Source: the human T2T-CHM13v2.0 reference genome, Homo sapiens. From it: DNA of 64,000 nt. Positions 1-18,416 of this stretch are shown here, piece after piece (positions within the stretch are counted from its first letter, which is position 1; each line of letters starts with the position of its first letter). The translations under genes were made by a program, and so were the position numbers. Below the pieces are notes generated by a model. That model worked only from the letters and a program-made list of their open reading frames with translations. It was not told the DNA's origin and did not search any database. The stretch lies in the NCBI RefSeq assembly GCF_009914755.1, contig NC_060931.1, one strand, 5' to 3'.

Positions 1-3000
1 TGTTTCCGAACTGTTCAATCAAAATAAAGTTTCAACTCTGTGAGATGAATGCACTCATCACAAAGCAGCTTCTTAGAATGCTTCTGTCTAGTTTTTATGT
101 GAAGACATTTCCATTTTCACCACAGGCCTCAAACTGCTCAAAAATATTCCTCTGCAGATTATGAAAAAAGACTGTTTATAAGCTGCTCAATAAAAAGAAA
201 GTTTCAACTCTGTAAGATGAATGCACACATCATACAGAACTTTCTAGAAAGCATCTGCCTAGTTTTTAAATGAAGATAATTTCATATTCACCATAGGCCT
301 CAAACCGCTCACAAATATCCCTCTGCAGAATCTACAAAAGACTGTTTCCAAACTGCTCAATCAAAAGAAAGTTTCAACTGTTTGAGGTGAAAGTACACAT
401 CACAAAGCAGTTTCCCAAAAAGTTTCTGTCTAGTTTTTATGTGAAGATATTTCCTTTTTCACCATATGCCTCAAAGTGCTTCAAACATCCATTTGTGTAT
501 TCTACACAAACACTGTTTCCAAACTTCTCAATTAAAAGAAATGCTCAACTCTGTGAGATGAAAGCACACATCACAAAGAAGTTTCTCAGAATGCTTCTGT
601 CTAGTTTTTATGTGAAGATATTTCTTATTTCACCAGAGGCCTCAAAGGGGTCACAAATATCCGTTTGCAAATTCTACAATAATTGTTTCTAAACTGCTCA
701 ATCAAAAGAAAGCTTGAACTCTGTGAGATGCATGTGCACATCACAAAGAAGTTTCTCAAAAAGCCTCTGTCTAGTTTTTATGTTAAGATATTTCCTTTTT
801 CAACATAGGCCTCAAACTGCTCACAAATGTCCCACTGTATATTCTACAAAAAGACTGCCTCTAATCTTCTCAATCAAAAGGAAGGTTCAACTCTGTGAGA
901 TGAAACATACATCGCAAAGCAGTTTCTTAGAGTGTTTCTGTCTAGTTTTTATGTGAATATATTTCTTATTTCACTGTAGGCCTTAAAGGCTCACAGATAT
1001 CCCTTTGCAGATTCCATAAAAAACTGTTTCCAAACTGCTCATTTCAATGAAAAGTTCAACTCTGTGTGATGAATGCACTCATCATAAAAAACATTCTCAG
1101 AAAGCTTCTGTCTAATTTTTATGTGAAGATATTTCCTTTTTCACCATGCACCTGAAAGTGCTCCAAATACCCCTTGGAAGTTTCTACAAAAAGACTGTCT
1201 CCAAACTGCTCTATCGAAAGAAAAGTTCAAGCCTGTGAGATGAAAGCACACGTCACAAAGAAGTTTCTCAGAAATCTAATGTCTAGTTTTTATGTGAAGA
1301 TATTTCTTTTTTCACCATAGGCATTGAAGGGCTCAAAAATATCCCTTTGTAGATTCTACAAAAAGACTGTTTCCAAACTGCTCAATCAAAATAAAGGTTC
1401 AAATCAGTGAGATGAAAGAACACATCACCAAGAATTTTCTCAGAAAGCTTCTGTCTAGTTTCTATGTGATGATATTTCCTTTTCCACCATGGGACTCAAA
1501 GGGCTCACAAATATCCTCTTGCAGATTCTACAAAAAGACTGTTTCCAAACTGCTCAATCGAAGGAAAGGTTCAATTCTGTGAGATGAAAGCACACGTCAC
1601 AAAGAACTTTCTCAGAAATCTCCTGTCTAGTTTTTATGTGAAGACATTTCCTTTTCCACCATAGTCCTCAAAGCGCTCCAAATATCACTTGGCAGATTCT
1701 ACAAAAAGTGTGATTCGAAACTCCTCAATCAAAATAAGGGTTCAACTCCTTGAGATGAGTGCACACATCACAAAGATGTTTCCAAAAAGCTTCTGTCTAT
1801 TTTTTATGTGAAGATATTTCCTTTTTCACCGTAGGCCTCAAAGGGCTCCAAATATCTCTCTGCAGATCTACAAAAAGACTGTATTCAAACTGCTCAATCA
1901 AAGGAAATGTTCAAATCTGTTGAGATGAATGCACACATCACAAACATGTTTCTCAGAATGATTTTGTCTAGTTTTTCTATGAAGATATTTCCTTTTTCAC
2001 TATAGGCCTCAAAGTGCTCACAAGGATCCCTTTGCAGACTCTACAGTAGATGGTTTCAAAGCTGATCAGTCCAAAGAAAGGTTCTAATCTGTGGCATGAA
2101 TGCACACATCACAAAGAAGTTTCTCAGAAATGTTCTGTCTGCTTTTGATTCGAAGATATTTCCTTTGTCACCATAGGCCTCAAACACTCACAAATATCCC
2201 TTTGCAGATTCTACAAAAGACAATTTCAAAACTGCTCAATCAAAAGAAAGGTTCTAATCTGTGACATGAATGCACAAATCCAAAGAACTTTCTCAGAAAG
2301 CTTCTGTCTGTTTTTTTGTTGAAGATATTTACTTTTTCAGCATAGGCCTCAATGCGCTCCAAATGTTCCTTCACAGATTATACAAAAAGACTGTTTCAAA
2401 ACTGCTCAATTAAAAGAAACGTTCAACTGTGTGAAATGAATGCACATATCACAGAGAAGTTTCACAAAAAGCTTCTGTCTAGTTTTTATTTGGAGATATT
2501 TCCTTTTTCACCACAGGCTTCAAACCACTCAGAAATATCCCTTGGCAGATCATATGAAAAGACTGTTTCCAAACTGCTCATTCAAAAACAGGTTCAACTC
2601 TGTGAGATGAATGCTCACATCACAAAGAAGTTTCTCAGAATGCTTCTTACTAGTTTTTATGTGAAGCTATTGCCTTTTTCAACATAGACCTCAAAGAGTT
2701 CACAAATATTCCTTTACAGATACTACAAAAAGACTGTTTCCTAACTGCTCAAAGGAAATATTCAACTCTGTGAGATGAAAGCACACATCTCAAAGAAATT
2801 TCTCAGAAATCTTCTGGCTAGTTTTTATTTGAAGATATTTCCTTTCACACCACAGTCCTCAAAGTTCTCCAAGTATCCCTTTGCAGATCCTACAAAAAAA
2901 CTGTTTCCAAACTGCTCAATCAAAGAAAGGTTCAACCCTGTGAGATGAAAGCAAACATTAGAAAGGAGTTTCTCAGAAAGCTTCTGTCTTGTTTCTATGT

Positions 3001-3584
3001 GAAGATATTTCCTATTTCACCATGGGCCTCAAAGGACTCACAAATATCCCTTTGCAGATACTACAAAAAGACTGTTTCCAAACTGCACAATCAAAAGAAA
3101 GTTTCACCTCTGTGAGATGAAAGCACATATCACAAAGATGTTTCTCAGAAAGCTTCTGCCTAGTTTTATTTGAAGATATTTCCTTTTTCACCCTAGGCCT
3201 CAAACCGCTCATGTATATCCCATTGGAGATTCTACAAAACCAGTATATCCAAACTTATCATTCAATACAAAGGTTCAACTCTATGATATGAAAGCCCACA
3301 TCACAAAGTAGTTTCTCAGAAAGCTTCTGTCTGGATTTTATATGAATATATTTCCTTTTTCACCATAGGCCTCAAAGTGATCACAAATATCCCATTGCAG
3401 ATTCTACAAAAAGACTTTTTCCAAGCAGACCAATCAAAAGAAAGTGTCAATTCTATGAGATGAATGCACGCATCACAAAGAAGTTTCTCAGAAAAATTCT
3501 GTCTCGTTTTTACATGAAGATATTTCCTTTTTCATCATAGGCGTCAAAGCGATCACAAATATCCATTTCAGATTCAACAAAGAC
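1..3584 (-). repeat. Monomeric alpha-satellite (ALR/Alpha), reverse orientation block
   Basis: Tandem ~171/172-bp units with CTTCTGTCTAGTTTTTATGTGAAGATATTTCC and CACATCACAAAGAAGTTTCTCAGAA, the reverse complement of the usual alphoid consensus. Neighbouring monomers are clearly diverged. Confidence 0.97.
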
Positions 3585-4806
3585 TTTTTTTACAATCTCC
3601 AAAGGGTTATTTCTGAGCAGTTTGAAGCCTATGGTGAAAAAGTAATATCTTCACATAAAAACAATACAGAAGCTTTCTGACAAACTTCTGTGTGATGTGT
3701 GCTTTCAACTCACAGAGTTGAACCTTTCTTTTGATTGAGCAGTTAGGAAACAGTTTTTGGTAGAATATGCATTGGATATTTGGAGAGCTTTGAGACCTAT
3801 GGTGAAAAAGGAAATATCTTCACATAAAAACTAGACAGAAACTTTCTGAGAAACTTCTCTGTGATGTGTGCATTCATCTCAAAGTGTTGAAACTTTCTTT
3901 TGATTGAGGACTTTGGAAACAGTCTTTTGTAGAATCTGCAGAGGGATATATGTGAGCCCATTGAGGCCTATGGTTAAATAGGAAATATCTTCACATAAGA
4001 ACTACAAAGAAGCTTTCTGAGAAACTTCTTCATGATGTGTGATTACACCTTATAGGGTTAAACTTTTCTTTTGATTGAGCAGATTGGAAACGGTCTTTTT
4101 TTATAATGTGGAGAGGGATATTTTTGAGCGGTTCGAGGCCTGTGGTGAAAAAGGAAATATCTTCAAATAAAAACTAGACAGAGGCATTCTGAGAAACTTC
4201 TTTGTGAGGTGTGCATTCATCTCACAGAGTTTAACTTTTCATTTGATTGAGCAGTTTGGAAAAACTCTTTTTGTAGTATCTTCAAATGGATATTTGGAGT
4301 GCTTTGAGGCCTATGGTGAAAAAGGAAATATCTTCACATGAAAATTAGACAGAAGCATTCTGAGAAGCTTATTTGTGATGTGTGCTTTCATCTCACAGAG
4401 TTGGGCCTTTCTTTTCATTGAGCAGTTTGGAAACAGTCTTTTTGTAGAATCTGCAAATGGATATTTGCATCGCTTTGAGGCCTATGGTGAAAAAGGAAAT
4501 ATCTTCACATAAAACCTAGACAGAAACTTTCTGGGAAACTGCTTTGTGATGTGTGCTTTCATCTCACTGAGTTAAACCTTTCTTTTGATTGAGTAGTTTT
4601 GAAACAGACCTTTTGTTGTTTCTGCAGAGGGATATTTTTGAGTAGCTTGAGTCCTGTGGGGAAAAAGGAAATATATTCACATAAAAACTAGACAGACACT
4701 TTTTGACAAACTTCTTTGTGATGTGTGCATTCATCTCCGAGAGTTGAACCTTTCTTTTGATTTAGCAGTTTGGAAACAGTCTTTTTTTAGATTCTGCAGA
4801 GGGGTA
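3585..4806 (+). repeat. Monomeric alpha-satellite, forward orientation
   Basis: TTCTGAGAAACTTCTTTGTGATGTGTGCATTCATCTCACAGAGTTGAAC repeats. The CTAGACAG anchor falls at 3831, 4002, 4174, 4345, 4516 and 4688, giving spacings of 171/172 bp. Confidence 0.97.
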
Positions 4807-5346
4807 TTTTTTTTGTTTGTTTGTTTGTTTCTTGTTTCTTTTTTTTTATTATACTTTAAGTTTTAGGGTACATGTGCACATTGTGCAGGTTAGTTACATA
4901 TGTATACATGTGCCATGCTGGTGCGCTGCACCCACTAACTCGTCATCTAGCATTAGGTATATCTTCCAATGCTATCCCTCCCCCCTCCCCCCCACCACAG
5001 TCCCAAGAGTGTGATATTCCCCTTCCTGTGTCCATGTGATCTCATTGTTCAAAGGGCTAATATCCAGAATCTACAATGAACTCAAACAAATTTACAAGAA
5101 AAAAACAAACAACCCCATCAAAAAGTGGGCGAAGGACATGAACAGACACCTCTCAAAAGAAGACATTTATGCAGCCAAAAAACACATGAAAAAATGCTCA
5201 TCATCACTAGCCATCAGAGAAATGCAAATCAAAACCACGATGAGATACCATCTCACACCAGTTAGAATGGCAATCATTAAAAAGTCAGGAAACAACAGGT
5301 GCTGGAGAGGATGGGGAGAAATAGGAACACTTTTACACTGTTGGTG
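4807..5346 (-). mobile_element. L1PA2-like LINE-1, 5'-truncated with internal inversion (twin priming)
   Basis: Poly-T/(TTTG)n tail at 4807-4847, then L1 3'UTR on the minus strand to 5052, then an ORF2 3' segment on the plus strand at 5050-5346. TSD is TG(C/T)AGAGGGGTATTTTT at 4795-4811 and 5345-5361, with a TTTTT/AA endonuclease site. The 3'UTR has GAG (not ACA/ACG), CTTAAAG and GCAGCGCACC. Confidence 0.92.
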
Positions 5347-8300
5347 TAGAGGGGTATTTTTAAGTGGTTTGAGGCCTATGGTGAAAAATAAATATTTTCA
5401 CATAAAAACTAGACAGAAGCATTATGAGAAAATTCTTTGTGATGTGTGCATTCATCTCACAGAGTTGAAACGTTCTTTGGATTGAACATTTTAGTAACAG
5501 TCTTTTTTATAATCTGCAGTGGGATATTTGTGAGCAGTTTGAGGCCTATGGTGAAAATGGAAATATTTTCACATAAAAACTAGACAGAAGCATTATGAGA
5601 AACTGCTTTCTGACGTGTGCATTCATCTCACACAGTTGATCCTTTCTTTTGATTAAGCAGTTTGGAAACAGTGTTTTCTGGAATCTGCAAAGGGATATTT
5701 GTGAGTCCTTTGAGGATTATGATGAAATGGGAAATATCTTCCCATAGAAACTAGACAGAAGCATTCTGAGAAACTCCTTTGTGATGTGTGCTTTCATTTC
5801 ACAGAGTTGAACCTTTCTTTTGATGGAGAAATTTGGAAACAGTCTTTTTGTATAATCTGCAAATGGATAATTGGAGTGTTTTTAGGCCTATGGTGAAAAA
5901 GGAAATATCTTCACATAAAAACTAGACAGAAGCTTTCTGAGAAACTTCTTTAGATGTGTGCATTTATCTCAAAGAGTTGAACCTTTCTTTTGATTGAGCA
6001 ATTTGGAATCAGTCTTTTTGTAGTTTCCGCATAGGGATATTTTTCTGTGGTTTGAGACCTATGGTGAAAATTGAAAAATCTGCACATAAAAACTATACAG
6101 AAGCTTTCTGATAAAATTGTTTGTGATGCATGCCTTTATCTCACAGAATTACACCTTTCTTTTGATTGAGCAATTTGGAAACAGTCTTTTTATAGAGTCT
6201 GCAAATGGATATTTGGAGTGCTTTGAGGCCTATGGTGAAAAAGGAAATATTTTCACATAAAAAATAGACAGAAGCTTTCTGAGAAACTTATTTGTGATGT
6301 TTGCATTCATCTCACAGAGTTGAACCTTTCTTTTAATTGAACAGTTTGGAATCAGTCTTTTTGTAGATTATGCAGATGGATGTTTCTGAGCGGTATGAGG
6401 CCTATGGTGAAACAGGAAATATGTTCACATAAAAAGTAGAGTGACGCTTTTTGGGAAATATCTTTTTGATGTGTGCATTCATCTCACAGAGTTGCAAAAT
6501 CTACAATGGGATATTTCTGAGCATTTTGAGGCTTATGGTGAAAAAGAAATAGCTTCACATAAAAACTAGACAGAAGCATTCTGAGAAACTTCTTTATGAT
6601 GTTTGCATTCATATCACACTGTTGAAATTTGTTTGGATTGAGCAGTTTACAAACAGTATTTTTGGAGAACGTGCAAATGTATATTTGTGAGCCCATTGAG
6701 GCCTGTGGTGAAATAGGAAATATCTTCACATAAGAACTAGTCAGAAGCTTTCTGAGAAACTTCTTTGTGCTGTGTGCTTTCATCTCACAGAGTTGAACCT
6801 TTCTTTCAATTGAGCATTTTGGAAACTCTTTTCTTATAACCTGCAGTGAGATATTGGTGAGCAGTATGACATCTATGGTGAAAATTGAAATATCTTCACA
6901 TAAAAACTAGAAAGAAACATTCTGAGAAACTTATTTGTGATGTGTGCATTCATCTCACAAAGTTGAAACTTTCTTTTGATTGAGCAATTTGGAAACAGTC
7001 TTATGGTACAATCTACAGAGGCATATTTCTGAGCGGTTTGAGACCCATGTTGTAATAGGAAATATCTACACATAAAAACTAGACAGATGCTTTTTGAGAA
7101 ACGCCTTTGTGATGTGTGCATTCACCGCACAGAGTTGAACCTTTCTTTTGATTGAGAAGTTTGGAAACAGTCTTTTTGTACAATCTGAAAAGGGATATTT
7201 CAGAGTGGTGTGAGGGCTATGGTGAAAAACGATCTATCTTCACATAAAAAGTAGACAGAAGTTTTCTCACAAAATTATTTGTGATATGTGCTTTCATCTC
7301 ACAGATTTGAGCCTTACTTTTTATTGAGGAGTTTGGAAACGGTCTTTTTGTAGAATATGCAAATGGACATTTAGAGCATTTTGAGACCTATGGTGAAAAA
7401 GGAAATATCTTCATATAAAAACTTGACAAAATCTTTCGGAGAAACCACTTTTTGATGTGTCTATTCATCTCACACAGTTGAATCCTTTTGATTTAGCAGT
7501 TTTGAAACTGTCTGTCTGTAGAATCTGCAAAGGCATATTTGGAGTCCTTTGAGGGCTAAGGTGAATAAGGAAATATCTTCACATAAAAACTAGAAAGAAG
7601 CTTTCTGAGAAACTTCTTTGTGATGTGTGCATTCAGTGCACAGTGTTGAACTTTTCTTTTGATTGAGCAGTTTGGAAACAGTATTTTTGTGGAATCTGCA
7701 ACAGGACATTTGGTGCACTTTGAGGCCTAAGGTGAAGAATGAAATTTCTTCACATAAAAACTAGACAGAAGCATTCTGAGAAACTTCTTTGTGATGTGTG
7801 CATTCATCTCACAGATGTGAACACTTCTTTTGATTGACCTGTTTGGAAACAGTCTTTTTGTAGAATCTGCAAAGGGATATTCGTGAGTGCTTTTCAGCCT
7901 ATGGTGAAAAAGGAAATACCTTCACATAAAAACTAGACAGAAGTTTTCTGATAAACTTCTTTGTGATATGGGCATTCATCTAACAGAGTTGAACCTGTAT
8001 TTTGATTGAGCTGTTTGAAGTCTTTTTGTAAAATCTGTAAAGGGATATTTGTGAGCAGTTTTAGGCCTGTGGTGAGAAAGGAAGTGTTTTCACATAAACA
8101 CTAGACAAAAGTTTTCAGAGACACTTCTTTGGTATGTGTGCATTCATCTCAAAGAGTTGAACCTTCCTTTCAGTTGAGCAGTTGGGAGACAGTCTTTTTG
8201 TAGAATCTGCAAAGAGATATTTGGAGCACTTTCAGGCCGATGGTGAAAAAGGAAATATCTTCACATAAAAACAAAACTGCAGCTTTCTGAGAAACTTCTT

Positions 8301-11300
8301 TGTGACGTGTTCTTTCATCTCACCGAGTTGAACCATTCTTTTCATTGATAAGTTTAGAAACTGTCTTTTTGTAGAATCCATAAATGGATATTTGGAGCAC
8401 TTTTAATACCACGGTGAAAAATGAAATATCTTTACATAAAAACTAGACAGAAGCTTTCTGAGAAACTTCTTTGTGATGTGGGCTTTCATTTTACAGATTT
8501 GAACATTTCTTTTCATTCAGCAGTTTGGAGACTGTCTTTTTGTAGAATCTGCAAACGGATATTTAGAGCACTTTGAGGCCTATGGTGAAAAAGGTAATAT
8601 CTTCTCTTAAAAATTTGACAGAAGCTTTCGAAGAAACTTCTTTGTGATGTGTGCATTCATCTCACAGCATTGAAACTTTCTTTTAACTGAGCAGTTTGGA
8701 AACAGTCCTTTTGTAGAAACTGCAATGGGATGTTTTTGGGCCCTTTGTGGCCAATGGTGAAAAAGGAAATATCTTCACATAAAAATTAGACAGATGCTCT
8801 CTGAGAAACTTCTTTGTGATGTTTGCTTTCATCTTCCAGAGTTGAACATTTCTTTTCATTGAGCACTTTGGAAACAGTGTTTTTGTACAGTCTGCAGAGG
8901 GATATTTGGAGTGTATTGAGGCATATGGTGAATAAAAAGTATCTTCAAATAAAAACTAGACAGACGGTTTCTGAGAAACTTCATTGTGATGTTTGCATTC
9001 ATCTCACAGAGTTCAACCTTTCTTTTCATAGCACAGTTTGGAGACAGTCTTTTTGTAGAATCTGCAAATGGATACTTGGAGCACTTTGTGGCATATAGTG
9101 AAAAGGGAAATACCTTCACATAAATACTAGACAGAAGCTTTCTGAGAAAGTTCTTTGTAATGTGCATTCACCTCACAGAGTTGAACCTTTCTTTTCCTTG
9201 AGCAGTTTGGAAACAGTCTTTTTGTACAATCTGCAAAAGGATATTTGTGAGCGTTTTGGGGCCTATGTTGAAAAAGGAAATACCTTCACATAAAAAGAAG
9301 AGAGAAGCATTCTGAGAAACTTCTTTGTGATGTGTGCATTCATGTCACAGCTTCGAACCTTTCTTTTTATTGAGCACTTTGGAAACAGTCTTTTGTAGAA
9401 TCTGCAATGGGATACTTTTGAGCCGTTTGGGGCTTATGGTAAAAAATGAATTATCTTCACATAAAAACTAGACAGAAGTTTTGTGAGAAACTTCTTTGTG
9501 ATGTGTGCTTTCATCTCACAGACTTGAACCTTTTCTTTGATTAAGCAGTTTGGAAACAGTCTTTTTGTAGAATCTGCCAAGGAATATTTGTAGTGCTTTG
9601 AGGCATATGGTGAAAAATGAAATATCTGCACATAAAAACTAGACAGAAGCTTGCTGAGAAACTTCTTTGTGATGTGTGCTTTCATCTCACAGAGTTCAAC
9701 CTTTCTTTTCATTGAGCAGTTTGGACACAGTCTTTTTGTAGAATCTGCAAATGGATATTTGGAGTGCTTCATGGCCTATGGTGAAAAAGGAAATATCTTC
9801 ACCTAAAAACTAGTCAGAAGATTTTGGAGAAACTTCTTTGTGTTGTGTGCATTTATATCATGGAGTTGAACCTTTATTTTCATTTATTACTTCGGAAACA
9901 GTCTTTTTGCAGAATCTGCAAAGTGATATTTGGAGCAGTTCTGGGCATATGGTGAATAAGGAAATATCTTCACTTAAAAACTAGACAGAAGCTTTCTGAG
10001 AAACCTCTTTGTGATGTTTGAATTCATCTAACAGAGTTGAACCATTCTTTAGATTGAGCTGTTTGGAGACAGTGCTTTTGTAGAGCCTACAAAGGGATAT
10101 TTGGAGAGCTTTGGGGCCTGTGGTGAAGAAGGAAATATCTTCACATGAATACTAGACAGAAGCTTTCTGAGAAACTTCTTTGTGATGTGTGCATTCATCT
10201 CACAGAGTTCAACATTTCTTTTCATTGAGCAGTTTGGAAGCAGTCTTTCTGTAGAATCTGCAAATGGATATTTGGTGCACTTTGAGGCCTATAGTGAAAA
10301 AGGAAATATCTTCACATAAAAACTAGACAAAAACTTTCTCAGAAACTTCTTTGTTATGTGCATTCATCTCACATAGTTGAACCTTTCTTTTCATTGAGCA
10401 GTTTGGAAACAGTCTTTTGATAGAATCTCCAAGGGGATATTTGGAGCACTTTGAGGCCTATGGTGAATAAGGAAAATATTTACATAAAAGCTAGACAGAA
10501 GCTTTCTGGGAAACCTCTGTTTGATGTGGGCTTTCATCTGACAGATTTGAACCTTTCTTTTGATTGAGCAGTCTGGAAACAGTCTTTTGTAGAATCTGAA
10601 AATGGATGTTTTGAGTGCATTGTTTCCTGTAGTAGAAAAGAAAATATCTTCACATAACAACTAGACAGAAGCCTTTTGAGAAACTTCTTTGTGATGTGCG
10701 CATTCATCTTACAGAGTTGAACCTTTCTTTTGATTGAGCAGTTTGGAAACAGTCCTTTTGTAGAATCTACAAAGAGATATTTGTGAGCCCTTTGAGGTCT
10801 ATGGTGAAAAAGGAAATATCTTCACATAAAAACTAGACAGAAGCTTTCTGAGAAACTTCTTTGTAATGTGTGATTTCATCTCACAGTGTTGAAATTTTCC
10901 TTTTATTGATCAGTTTAGAAATCTTCTTTTTGTAGTATCTGCAAAGTGATATTTGGAGCGCTTTGGTGCCTGTGGTGAATAGGGAAATATCTTCACATAA
11001 AAAATAGAGAGAAGTTTTCTGAGAAACTTCTTTGTGATGTTTGCATTCATCTCACGGAGTTGAAGCTTTCTTTTCATTGAGCAGTTTGCAAACAGTCTTT
11101 CTGTAGTATCTGCAAATGGATATTTGTGAGCGGTATGGAGCCTTTTTTGAAAAAGGAAATATCTTCACATAACAACACAGAAACTTTCTGATAAACTTCT
11201 TTGTGATGTGTGCATTCATCTCACAGAGTTGAAACTTTCTTCTGATTGAGCATTTTGGAAACAGTCTTTTTGTAGGATCTGCAAAGTGATACTTGTGAGC

Positions 11301-12385
11301 CCTTTGAGGCCTATGGTGAAAATGGAAATGTCTTCACATAAAGACTAGACAGGAGTGTTCTGAGAAACTTCTTTGTGATGTGTGTTTTCATCTCACAGAA
11401 TTGAAACTTTCTTTTGGTTTATCAGTTTGGAAACAGTCTTTCTGTAGAATCTGCAAAGTGTTACTTGGAGCCCTTTGAGGCCTATTTTGAAAAAGGAAAT
11501 ATCTTCACATAAAAACTAGACAGAAGCTTTCTGAGAAACTTCTTTGTGATGTGTGCATTCATTTCACAGAGTTGAACCTTTCTTTTGATTGAGCAGTGTG
11601 GAAACAGTCTTTTTATAGAATCTGCAAATGGATATTTGTGATCCCTTTGAGGCCTGTGGTGAAAAAGGACATATCTTCACATAAAAACTAGACAGAAGGG
11701 TTTTGAGAAACTTCTTTGTGATGTGTGCATTCATCACACAGAGTTGAACTTTTACATTGATTGCGTAGTTTGGAAACAGTCTTTTTGTAGAATCTGGCAA
11801 AGGATATATAGAACGCTTTGAGGCATATGGTGAAAAACGAAATATCTTCCTATAAAAACTAGACAGAAGCTTTCTGAGAAACTTCTTTGTGAAGTGTGCA
11901 TCCATCTGACACAGTTCCACCTTACTTTTCATTTGGCAGTTTGGAAACAGTCTTTTTGTAGGATCCCCAAAGGGATATTTTGAGTGCTTTGAGACCTATG
12001 TTAAATAAGGAAAATATTCACATAAAAACTAGACAGAAACTTACTGAGAAACTTCCTTGTGATGTGGGCTTTCATCTCACAGAGTTGAACCTTTGTTTTG
12101 ATTGGGCAGTTTGGAAACAGTCCTTTGTGGAATCTGCAAATGGATATTTGGAGCGCTTTGAAGCCCAAAGTGAAAAAGGAAATAGCTCAACATAAAAACT
12201 AGACAGAAGCTTTGTGAGAAACTGGTTTGTGATGTGTGCTTTCATCTCACAGAGTTGAAACTTCCTTTTGGTTGATCAGTTTTGAAACAGTGTTTTTGTA
12301 GTATCTGCAAAGGGATACTTGGAGCTCTTTGAGGCCTGTGGTGAAAAAGGAAACATCTTCAAATAAAAACTAGACAGAAACTTTT
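5347..12385 (+). repeat. Monomeric alpha-satellite, forward orientation
   Basis: Continuous diverged alphoid monomers with the A-type box CTATGGTGAAAAAGGAA. Confidence 0.97.
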
Positions 12386-12800
12386 GACTTGGAAGCTACC
12401 TAAATGTCCAACAATGATAGACTGGATTAAGAAAATGTGGCACATATAACCCATGGAAAACTATGTAGCCATAAAAAATGATAAGTTCATGTCCTTTGTA
12501 GGGAGATGGATGAAGCTGGAAACCATCATTCTCATCAAACTATCTCAAGGACAGAAAATCAAACACCGCATGTTGTCACTCATAGGTGGGAATTGAACAA
12601 CGAGAGCACAAGGACACAGGAAAGGAAACATCACAGGGATGGGGGATGGATAACATTAGGAGATATAACTAATACTAAATGACGAGTTAATGGGTGCAGC
12701 TCACCAATATGACACATGTATACATATGTAACAAACCTGCACATTGTGCCCATGTACCCTACAATTTAAAGTAAAATAATAAATAAAATTAAAAAAACAA
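12386..12800 (+). mobile_element. Old LINE-1 3' fragment (L1PA5-like; PA4-PA6 range)
   Basis: Starts GACTTGGAA...AAATGTCCAACAATGATAGACTGG (ORF2 C-terminus). ORF2 stop GGGAATTGA near 12597. 3'UTR has AAATGACGAGTTAATGGG and GTAACAAACCTGCAC, followed by an A-rich tail to ~12800. Heavily mutated; TSD ambiguous (AGAAACTTTT at 12376-12385 and 12802-12811). Confidence 0.88.

Positions 12801-18416
<5,616 letters not shown>

Noticed and set aside
5036-5485. 149-aa chimeric ORF (antisense 3'UTR, ORF2 fragment, satellite)
   Set aside because: A by-product of the twin-priming inversion. It starts at GTG and has no promoter or other sign of function.
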